Below are positions 54,961-64,000 of a DNA stretch of 64,000 nt, piece after piece. The notes beneath the pieces are model-generated. The model saw nothing but the letters and a program-made list of their open reading frames with translations, had not been told where the DNA came from and searched no databases. The number at the start of each line of letters is the position of its first letter. The first letter of the stretch is position 1. Location of the stretch: contig JAANOX010000244.1 of the NCBI GenBank assembly GCA_020184695.1, forward strand, positions 94,792 to 158,791, given 5' to 3'. Origin of the DNA: Histomonas meleagridis 2922-C6/04-290x. Lineage: Eukaryota; Protista; Parabasalia. A program made the translations under genes and the position numbers.

Positions 54961-55797
54961 TTGATATCTCCATTGGAAATTATGCAAACTATATCAGTAT
55001 TCCTTAAAAATCAAATGTATTTCGGGAATGTCGGAAATGTTGATCAATTTATCGATAAAAAACAAAATTTGTTGATTCAATTAAAATTATCATTTTTGTT
55101 ATTTTTAATGATTTTTTTTTCAAACACAATTAAAACATATTCTAAAAAATCAATCTTTAATAATAATTTTTTAAAAAGAAATCATATTAAAGGTTTCAAT
55201 TTCATCTTTTTTTTCATGTTATTTTCAAATTCATTTCAAATATTCCATAATTCAACTTCAACACTTGTTATCCAAGATATGCATGAATTTAATGAAATTC
55301 AAGAATATAAAAATGTTACACAACATGTTACTATTTTGACAGGAATTACAGAAATTCCGAATGAAATTTTTTAACAGTGGACATCTTTATTAAGTGTTAA
55401 TTTTGGTGAAAGTATTGTAAGTATTGGAAATTATTCATTTTATCGGTGTACATCGTTAACTAATATTACAATTCCTAATTCAGTTGAAATTATTAATAGT
55501 AATGCATTTCGAGGATGTTCAAATTTAAAAACTCTTTTGATAGGAGAAAATGTTATTGTTATTGGTGAAAGAGCATTTTCAGAATGTTTATCATTAACTG
55601 ATATTAACATTCCAAATTCAGTTAAAATTCTTGGTAATTACACATTTCAATCATGCAGAAATTTAACACATGTTTATATTGGGAAAAGTGTTTCTATCAT
55701 TGGAGGAAGTTCATTTTATATGTGTTCATCATTACGAAATATAACAATTCCGAATTCAGTTATAATTATTGGAAGACAAGCATTTCGAGCACAATAA
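54961..55797 (+). pseudogene. BspA-like LRR gene with in-frame TAA (55372-55374), ending without stalk or TM
   Basis: ORFs 54961-55374 and 55537-55797 are in the same frame; the gap reads QWTSLLSVNFGESIVSIGNYSFYRCTSLTNITIPNSVEIINSNAFRGC without stops. Ends AFRAQ* 14 bp from the convergent ankyrin gene. Confidence 0.8.
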
Positions 55798-55811
55798 TAT
55801 TGTATTTTTTA

Positions 55812-58644
55812 TTATTTCGAAGGTTTTGCAACTGCAAATTTTGTTCCCGTCGTCAATCCCTTAGCTTTCTTATTTTGCATTTGTTCATTGAATTCTTTTC
55901 TTCTTTTTTCATCTTCTTCCAAACTTTTTTTATCATATTTAATTCCATTTAAATTCTTAAGCAATTCGACAATTTGCACATTATCTCTTTGAGACGCAAT
56001 CAGAATTGCGGGCATTTCTTCATTATTCACATCATTGATATCAATATTTTCTTGTTCAATTAATAATTTAACAATATCAATATGATCATTTTGAGCTGCG
56101 CCCATTAAAGCATTCATAAATATGTTAAAAAAATTCCAAAAATAACGCAAAAACTAAAAATAATTTAAATGATTATTATATCAATAAATAAAATATTTTT
56201 AACATTAATATTAATATCTTTATATTTAAGAAGTAATTTAACTATTTCTAATTTACCATTGATACAAGAAATTTGAAATGCAGTACCAAATCATTTGAAC
56301 AAATTCCAAATTTTAACATTAAATACTAAAATTTATGAATAAACATAAAATATAATAAAAGAAAAACTTTGTTCATCAATAAGAATATCTTTTTGTTCAA
56401 GTAATAATTTAACTATTTCAACATTTCCTTTAATGCAAGCTCTCATAAGTGCTGTATAAAATCATTTAATTAAATTCCAAATATTTAATATAAATTGCAA
56501 ATGATTTTACATTTATTTTAATGTTTTCTTGTTCAAGTAATAATTTAACAGTATCAAAATGATTATTTTCAGATGCAATTATGAGTGCTGTTTCAAATCA
56601 TTTAAATAAATTCCAATTTTTTAAGTAAAACATTAAAACATTTCATAAAATTTTATTTTTTGGATTAAGTTTTACATCTTTAAATGTTAAAATAATTTTT
56701 ATTACATCATTAAACCCATAATATGATGCAAGCATTAATGCTGTATTAATAATTTGGAATTAACACCAAAAATATTATAAAAAATTGTTTAAATTTTAAA
56801 TAAACATCAAATATAACTTAAAAAATATCATAAGTATTAATATTAATCTCTTTATTCTCAAGTAATAACTTAGCGACTTCATTATGCTTTTGTTTTAATG
56901 CGCTAAGAAGTGCATTTCTACCATTTTGATTTTGTATTGTGATATTAATATCTTTTCGCTCAAGTAATAATTTAACAATATCAATAAAACCTTCGTTCGA
57001 TGCTATCATTAAAGCAGTTTCAAATCATTTATATAAATTCCAAATCAAAAACACAAATTTTATACAATAAAAACAAAAATTATATAACACAAAAAAACAT
57101 TTTTCTCATTAACTTTAATCTCTTTATTCTCAAGTAATAATTTAACAATTTCAGTTTTACCTAATGAAGCAATCATTAATGCATTTTCATTCCAAAAAAA
57201 CAAACAGCAAAAATTCACACGAAAAAACTTGAAACATAAAAAATGAAATATTTTTCACATTAACATTAATATCCTTTTGTTGAAGAATTAGTTTTGTGAT
57301 TTCCAAATTATTAGTTTTACATGCATGCATTAAAGGAGTTAAATTACTTTCATCCTTTAAGTTAATATCGAATTTATTTCTCGTCAAGATATATTTAACG
57401 AGTTCAATGTTATTTGATGATATTGAATTCGATAATGAATTCATTGGTAATTCTTTATCATCAAACAAATATTTAATCAAATAATAATTTCCACTTAAAA
57501 ATATATCATTAATCATTCGTCCATTAATTATTAAACCTTCTTTTAATAAAAACGAAAATATTTCATAGTTATTATAGTTAATACTTATCATTCCAAGTTT
57601 ATCAATTCTTTCTTTATGTTTTTCTTCTTCTGTTTTTTCTGGCTTTTGATAATAATTATTAAAATGTCCAAACCAACCACCGCCGAATCCATTAAAGTTA
57701 TTGTTATTATTATTTAAATTCTTTTGTTTAGGATCAAAAAATTTCGAATCTGCTTTATACTTATCATATAGATAATAAAATATTTCGTTTCGATGGAATT
57801 CGATTGCTGCTTCATCTGTTCCATGAAATGATATATCATTTTGTTCACATAAATGAATAATTTCTAAGTTACCTCCAGCAACAGCATATTTCGCAGTGTC
57901 GATAAGTTTTGCTTCATTTAATAATAAAAACTTAAAACATTTAATCGAGCCATAAAAAGCAGAATAATTAATAAGACTAATTTTTTCATTAATGTATTTA
58001 TAGCGCTCATATATATTCGTGTAAAGAAATTGATCATATTTAAAGTTTTGTTCTGTGGAAAGTTCTTGAAGCTTTTCAACATTATCATTTCGTAGTATTT
58101 TACTAAGTTCGTTCGGATTGCCTTCTTTAATGTTCTTTTTATGTTCTTCGAAATTGTCTTTTTGTAATTGTTTTAACATTTCTCGTTGTGAATGAGTGCG
58201 TTGGAAACATTCGAGTTTTTCAGTTGTCATTAAATGTGAGAAATATATGTTGTTTTGCCGTTGGAAGAAATCAGAATTTATTAATTTGTGAGCAAGTAAT
58301 TCATGTAAGATGTAATTGGATTCGTTTGTGTTTTGCTTGATAAGATAAAATTGAAATACTTCAAAAAGTTTGGGATCAACATCATGACATAATTGTTTTT
58401 CTTGAGTTTCTAGCAATTGTAAGTATTTGATGTACGTTTCAATGCCATTTCGCTTGGAAAGAAATGATGAAAAAATACATTGCGAAATTATGATATTAAA
58501 CGAAATTGGATAATCTATATTAAAGTATGTAATAGATGTTTGAACAATAGAATCAACATTGTCATTGTTAAGTTCAAATATTGTTTTCTGTATTGATTGT
58601 AGATATTGGATTTCTTGTTTGGTGTCCATTCCAAAGTGAGTCAC
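55812..58644 (-). CDS. DUF3447-type ankyrin-repeat protein interrupted by about 24 ultra-short intervening sequences (about 807-813 codons after removal)
   Basis: ORF 57187-58644 carries the family N-terminus. Seven interrupted hairpins restore e.g. NEKN-N-K-G-ETAL, NPKNK-N-G-ETAL, NVKSFA-G-YTAL, TYD-D-T-G-NTAL, NVKN-NN-G-MNAL. The exons between clusters (90, 195, 96, 99, 90, 93, 306 nt) are all multiples of 3. Confidence 0.85.
56118..57249 (-). other. Seven clusters of 17/18-nt non-canonical intervening sequences
   Basis: Clusters: 57189-57249 (18+17+17), 57022-57098 (4x17), 56748-56826 (18,17,18,17), 56595-56651 (3x17), 56459-56495 (2x17), 56288-56368 (3x17 plus an ambiguous 24-nt T-rich block), 56118-56194 (4x17, one with an ambiguous boundary). 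Confidence 0.85.
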
Positions 58645-58832
58645 TTTTTCGAAAAGTGAAGTTCATTTATGATATAAGCCGTTTATTGGAAACCGTTAAA
58701 TATGAAAAGCTCTATTTTCTGCAATTTCTTTTAATTTAATATATGATAAGTTCAAAAAATTAAGATTATTGACTCTAAAAAATCAATTTTTTTTAAATAT
58801 TTAATATATCTTTATTTATAATATATTATCTA

Positions 58833-61511
58833 TTATTCTAATGCAAATGAACTATTTCCAAATGAGAATAAGCCAGATAGATCGGAATCGACTATTTCAT
58901 CTCCATTACAATTAACGATGTAAATTTCACCACAAATGCAATTAAACAATGCTTTACCATTCACAGAAAAAATCGAAACAATCGGTGAAAGAACATTCAC
59001 TGTTCGCATAATAATTGGATTTTGACAAATGTTATATATGTATGCAATAGGCTCAAGTCTTGATGTTACAATAACAAAGTTATTCATCACTTTAATCCTG
59101 CCATACAAGTCATGAACTCTAACAACAGCAAGAGATTCAATTTTTGTGTCATTTATGACTGTGAATATTGAAAATCCATCTTTGTCAGAAAGAACAGCAA
59201 TATAATTAATTGAGCTATCTATAGCAACCACATTTGGTATCTTTGAGTTTGCTTTAGCTCTTTGAGTAAGGGCTCCTGTTTCAAGTGATAATCCTGTAAT
59301 TATATCATCTTGAACAAAAAAAGCCAATCTTGATGAAACAGCAGTAAATGCCACAATCGGTGACTGAAATGTCTTTGGAAGAACAAGTCTGACATTGTTA
59401 TCACTTCTTGATTGTGAAAAGAAAAGTAATCTTCCTTCTTGATATCTTGTAGTACAAACGACCCATAACCGTACATTATTTTCTCCAAGTTTAGCTTTCC
59501 ATTCTGTAATTGAGTTTACTTTTTCGTTTGGTTCAAGATCAAATTGTTTTGATCCTCTGCTCCAAAAAAGTGCCGGCGGCTTTTCAATTGAAAAGACAAA
59601 TTCAGAGTGATTGTGAGAGCATTCAATTTTGCCAACTCGCCGGTTTAATTCAAACAAAATTGAATTCGTAAATTCGTTTGAATTATCGTTGAAATGGAAA
59701 CAAATTAAATCGAATTGTGAAGAATTTATTGAAGATTTAACTATCGCCAAAAATTTTCCCATTTGTAAGCCAAAAGGTATAAAAAAGTTAAAGTCAGGAG
59801 GGAGTATTTTTTGTTGGTTATAAGTAATAAAGAAAAATCTTTCATCACAAAATAAAGAAATTTGATTTTGAACTTGATATAAAGTAATTGCTGATTTTCC
59901 GATTTTTTTCTTTTGTTTAATATTTAGAGTTTGATTCTCACAAAATAATAATTCGCCATTTAATGTACCGAAAATTAAATCATTTTCAACATAAGTTATT
60001 GAAGTTATTAAATCATCAAATTTTATATTCTTAAGAATTTCGAAATCGTCGTTAATGATTAAAACAGATTCATCAAACAAAGAAACACATAAATTCAACT
60101 CAAAAACATTAATCGCAAATATGTCACTATTAAACTCAATTGCGTTTTGATGCATTAAAGTAGAATGAACATACATCAATAAAGAAAGTTTGTTCTTATC
60201 AACAAGAAATAAGTTATACATTCGACTACATGATAAATTCGATGGTTCATTAAATCTATGGATTAATCCATGATCAAAAATAGTTACAACATCTTCAGTT
60301 AACGCAAAATAAAACATCGAATTGATCCCATGAATTCGTTCAAATCCTAAATTTTTAATATGTGAATTTGTAACTTCTTTAAATTCTTCATTTAAAATAA
60401 TCGTTTTATTCGGATATAATATAAAAAATATATCATTAACAGGTATAATTTTAGGTGGAATTTTATACGTAAATGTTGCAACTAATTCAATGTCAATTCC
60501 ATAATTAATATATGTGGAATGAATCGAATTCGTTGATCCAATGATAAAATTACCATTCGTATAAGATGATGTTAAACATATCGAATTATTAATCTCATGA
60601 ATTAAACACATATCTCGATCTATAAGTCGTAATCGACTTGAATCAATTGTGACTAAAAATCGTGAAATTGTTAATGATGTTATAGCTGTAGAATTATATA
60701 ATTCACAGATAACTTTACATGCATTTCCATCAAATTTGATAACTAACCCTTCCGCTGTTAATACCAATAAATGAATTCCGATTGGTGTTGCATCAATTAA
60801 AAGTGGATCACCATTGTTGATGTTTACGTCAAAAGTGTCAAACAAAAATTCGTTATTTTCGGTTTGTTTGATGCGAACGAATTTGGATTCTGCTAAAAGA
60901 TATACAGAATTATGAAGTGGAACTGAAACAAGTTTATAAGGACTAATGTAATTTAGCGTTTTACTTGCAATACATTTGATTTCATTAAGATTGATGGTGG
61001 AATATATTTTGATTTGAAAAATTCCTTTATCTTCAAGAGTAACAAGATTATCATCAATAAAAGAACATGACCATATAATTGAATGTGATGGAACTTCGAA
61101 TTTTATTAAATTTGGATCATTTTTTTGAAGAAAAAAAATTGATGATTCTTTTGGATATAAACAAATTAATGACCCTGATGACGTAATTAAAGGGAAATTA
61201 TATCCAATATTAATTGGATCCGAAATTATAATTTCTGTAAATGATGGAGTAGCAAAAAAAAGATAATGACCAGATAAAAAACAAACTATAGTTCTTTCAC
61301 CATCGACAACAGTAGTAGCAGATGCTATAGGTGCGTTATGATCATAGCGACATATTTCAGATAATTTATCTGATCTATAAATAAATAAACGTAATGAATT
61401 ATTTCCAACTGTAATACAATCATTTATTGTAGGATGCAAAAAGTGACCACAAAGAACATATTGTATTGAAGAATCAGATCGAATTTTTTTTATCCATTTT
61501 TTGTCTTCCAT
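58833..61511 (-). CDS. Multi-beta-propeller protein, DDB1/SF3B3/CPSF160-like (tentative)
   Basis: 892 aa of beta-strand-rich repeats; N-terminal VLCGHFL...NDCITV...LRLF resembles the MMS1_N start. Confidence 0.5.
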   Translation of the reverse strand: MEDKKWIKKIRSDSSIQYVLCGHFLHPTINDCITVGNNSLRLFIYRSDKLSEICRYDHNAPIASATTVVDGERTIVCFLSGHYLFFATPSFTEIIISDPINIGYNFPLITSSGSLICLYPKESSIFFLQKNDPNLIKFEVPSHSIIWSCSFIDDNLVTLEDKGIFQIKIYSTINLNEIKCIASKTLNYISPYKLVSVPLHNSVYLLAESKFVRIKQTENNEFLFDTFDVNINNGDPLLIDATPIGIHLLVLTAEGLVIKFDGNACKVICELYNSTAITSLTISRFLVTIDSSRLRLIDRDMCLIHEINNSICLTSSYTNGNFIIGSTNSIHSTYINYGIDIELVATFTYKIPPKIIPVNDIFFILYPNKTIILNEEFKEVTNSHIKNLGFERIHGINSMFYFALTEDVVTIFDHGLIHRFNEPSNLSCSRMYNLFLVDKNKLSLLMYVHSTLMHQNAIEFNSDIFAINVFELNLCVSLFDESVLIINDDFEILKNIKFDDLITSITYVENDLIFGTLNGELLFCENQTLNIKQKKKIGKSAITLYQVQNQISLFCDERFFFITYNQQKILPPDFNFFIPFGLQMGKFLAIVKSSINSSQFDLICFHFNDNSNEFTNSILFELNRRVGKIECSHNHSEFVFSIEKPPALFWSRGSKQFDLEPNEKVNSITEWKAKLGENNVRLWVVCTTRYQEGRLLFFSQSRSDNNVRLVLPKTFQSPIVAFTAVSSRLAFFVQDDIITGLSLETGALTQRAKANSKIPNVVAIDSSINYIAVLSDKDGFSIFTVINDTKIESLAVVRVHDLYGRIKVMNNFVIVTSRLEPIAYIYNICQNPIIMRTVNVLSPIVSIFSVNGKALFNCICGEIYIVNCNGDEIVDSDLSGLFSFGNSSFALE

Positions 61512-61628
61512 TCATTCAAAATATATTTTATGCCAGAATAAATTGTGTTAAAATAAATATTCAATTCACATTTCGTCGTTAATTATGGGGTGCCCAAAGT
61601 ATCGGTTATCAAACGTTGTCAATTTTAA

Positions 61629-63779
61629 ATGTCTGCTCTAGGCTCAGTTGGCTCGAGTGATTACCAAGAAGAAACTGGACAATCATCAAATCTTTCGATT
61701 CAAAGTTTACCTCTTGGTTCTGGAGATTCACCAGAGACGCAAAGAGAACAAACAATCCAAACAATTAATAAATTATTCCAAGCATCTGGAATTAAAAACC
61801 AAACAATTGCTATAAAGATGCTTCTTGCTATGATGTCTAAAGGTCATGATGTTGGTGAATTTGTTCCAACTGTTATACCACTTGTTGCATCACCAGATCT
61901 TCAACTTCGTCATCTTTGTCATATCTTTTTGGCTCATTATGCAGATGGAGGTACTGAGGCTTTCACACTCTGTGTTAATACCTTCCAAAAGTCATTAACA
62001 GATACTGATCCAATAATCCGTGCAACATCACTTAAGATACTAAGTTCTTTCAATCACAAAGAAATTCTTCCAGTTATCCAAGATGCTGTTAATCAAGTTA
62101 TTGGTGATCCATCTCCATATGTTAAAAAGGAAGTTGCTTTTGCAATCATTAAAGCCGCTGAACTTGATCCCAATGAGATCGAGAACTACATTCCACTTAT
62201 AGAGCGTATTATGAAAGATCAACATCCAATATCATTTAGTGGAGCCATAGCAGCATATTGGTCATTATGTCCTGATAACATCAAAATGCTTCATCCACAC
62301 TTCAAATTCATCTGCACCAACATCACACGTTTTGATGAATTTGCACAAGTCTTTATCATCAGATCAATGACTCTTTACACCCGATATTGCTTCAAGAATC
62401 CCGAAACACAAACCGAAGATGAAGCCAACGAATCATTTTGGGATGACAACGCTGCAAAGGAGACCATTTCGAGTGATCATTTATTATTAGTATCATCAAT
62501 CAAAAAGTTACTCAACTCATTAAACCCCGCAGTTGTATTAGCAGCTGCAAGTTATTTATACTATTGTGCACCTTCGACGCATGTCTCATCGATTGCCCGC
62601 CCACTTGTCCGATTATTATATGAAGAGCCATTAGTTGAAGAACTTGTTCTCTCAGCGATATTAACCTTTGCGCAAAGTTATCATCACATCTTTATCCCAC
62701 ATTTGAATCATTTTTATGTTCGTAAAAATGATTCACCAAAAGTGAAAAGTCTTAAATTAGAACTTTTGTCTCTTTTAGCGTCACATTCAAGTGCAGACAA
62801 CATCATGAAAGAGTTAGCGTTTTATACAAGTAGTAGCGATACAGAATTTGCAGCTAACGCTGTTAAGACAATGGGTAAAGCAGCGATGTGTAACCCGGAG
62901 ATAATCCCAGTTTGCTTGATTACATTATTGAAGTTAATGGATCGATCAGATGGCAAAGTTTTGGAGGAAGTCGTTTTAGTCATTGCACATATCTTACGAT
63001 TAAAGCGTGGAACTGATGATGAAGCACATTCACTTAAACATTTATGCCAAAAGTTCATCAAAATTAAATCACCAGATGCACGATCAGCAGTTTTGTCTAT
63101 TGTTGGTGATATGCATGAAACACACCCAGAGTTTGCTCCACAATTGTTACGTTATATCGCTAAAAACTTTAAGGAAGAACCAGATGAAGTTCGATTACAA
63201 TCATTGGTGTTAGCAGCGAAGCTAATTGTGTGTGGTACTGAATCTAAAATCCCAATGTACTTGTTGAAGATATCAGAACATGATATCGAATTCGATGTAC
63301 GTGATCGAGCGAAGTTATTAGTAACTTTGTTGGAGACAAAATCTAAGTGTATACAATCGAAGCTTAAAGAATTGTTGTTCCCGAAGAGAAAGACGCCAAA
63401 TTGGTTCGAAAATGAATTCTCTAATTATCAAGTCGGCACATTTAGTCATTTCTTCAATAAGGAAATATCGGGATATGAGCCATTGCCTGATTGGCTACCT
63501 GAAGATGAGCTCCCAGATGAAAGCGTAAGACATCCAGTGCAGACATTGCCAAGTGGAAATAAAATTATCGTTGTCAAAGTTAACGGCAGTCAAAAAGTGA
63601 AAGACGATGACGATATGGATATCGAGCACTTTTTCTCTGACGATGATGAAGAAGTCGAAGAAGAAGAAGATGGCGAGGTAGAAATACAAAAGGAAGATGA
63701 TGAGGCCGAATATTATGAATATGAGGAAGAAATCATTGAAGAAGCTGACGAAGATGACGTGGAAAAATTCCTTAGCTAA
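61629..63779 (+). CDS. AP3B: Adaptor complex beta subunit, AP-3 beta-like (trunk plus acidic hinge, no ear)
   Basis: LSIQSL/NTFQKSLTDTDPIIRATSLKIL, DPSPYVKKEVAFAI, EFDVRDRA, YEPLPDW, acidic tail. Confidence 0.8.
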   Translation: MSALGSVGSSDYQEETGQSSNLSIQSLPLGSGDSPETQREQTIQTINKLFQASGIKNQTIAIKMLLAMMSKGHDVGEFVPTVIPLVASPDLQLRHLCHIFLAHYADGGTEAFTLCVNTFQKSLTDTDPIIRATSLKILSSFNHKEILPVIQDAVNQVIGDPSPYVKKEVAFAIIKAAELDPNEIENYIPLIERIMKDQHPISFSGAIAAYWSLCPDNIKMLHPHFKFICTNITRFDEFAQVFIIRSMTLYTRYCFKNPETQTEDEANESFWDDNAAKETISSDHLLLVSSIKKLLNSLNPAVVLAAASYLYYCAPSTHVSSIARPLVRLLYEEPLVEELVLSAILTFAQSYHHIFIPHLNHFYVRKNDSPKVKSLKLELLSLLASHSSADNIMKELAFYTSSSDTEFAANAVKTMGKAAMCNPEIIPVCLITLLKLMDRSDGKVLEEVVLVIAHILRLKRGTDDEAHSLKHLCQKFIKIKSPDARSAVLSIVGDMHETHPEFAPQLLRYIAKNFKEEPDEVRLQSLVLAAKLIVCGTESKIPMYLLKISEHDIEFDVRDRAKLLVTLLETKSKCIQSKLKELLFPKRKTPNWFENEFSNYQVGTFSHFFNKEISGYEPLPDWLPEDELPDESVRHPVQTLPSGNKIIVVKVNGSQKVKDDDDMDIEHFFSDDDEEVEEEEDGEVEIQKEDDEAEYYEYEEEIIEEADEDDVEKFLS

Positions 63780-64000
63780 AAATCATTAAAAAATAATTTG
63801 CAGCATCAAAAATTTTATTTTTTATTCAAATTAAAATTTTTAAAAAGAAAATTATAATATATATTATGTTAAGCGTTGTTTACGTGTTTATGGTATAGAG
63901 CTTCCCCACGGCCCCAGTCACTTTTTCTATACTTTATGATATATGAAAATCCACATGTGTTTAATATTCAATTTAACTAATTTATACCTTAAAAATAAAC

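Noticed and set aside
1-64000. Alternative nuclear genetic code (TAA/TAG = Gln) suggested by internal TAA codons
   Set aside because: Conserved proteins (H2A, H2B, ARPC3, Rab, P5A ATPase) terminate at TAA at their expected C-termini, and long ORFs contain no internal TAA/TAG.

Overview
AT-rich, gene-dense eukaryotic DNA that looks parabasalid (Trichomonas/Tritrichomonas-like). This is inferred from the BspA-like LRR surface proteins, DUF3447-type ankyrin genes, a large transmembrane adenylate cyclase, a Myb gene and essentially intron-free housekeeping genes. The standard genetic code fits (histones, ARPC3 and others end at TAA). Contents: H2A/H2B divergent pair, ARPC3, Rab, RasGEF, P5A-ATPase, PRPP synthetase, AP-3 beta, tepsin-like, Ada3-like, HP1-like, Trx-UBA-UBX, tRNA-Val(AAC), a TIR-bounded P-element-like transposon, a pogo-type fragment and several pseudogenes. 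MAIN RESULT: the ankyrin genes that the ORF track shows as fragments (4017-6653 minus, 55812-58644 minus, and a decayed copy at 35017-36439) are interrupted by about 45 tiny intervening sequences. They are almost all exactly 17 nt (a few 18), start ATT/GTT, are T-rich, and lack a terminal AG and the ACTAAC branch motif. They sit between codons of the ankyrin beta-hairpin, often in tandem around 3-6 nt micro-exons. Removing them by hand restores continuous ORFs with textbook ankyrin repeats. This points to a non-canonical ultra-short intron (or ribosomal-bypass or DNA-excision) system. I know of no description of it but could not search the literature. All parsing was manual; no database searches were run.
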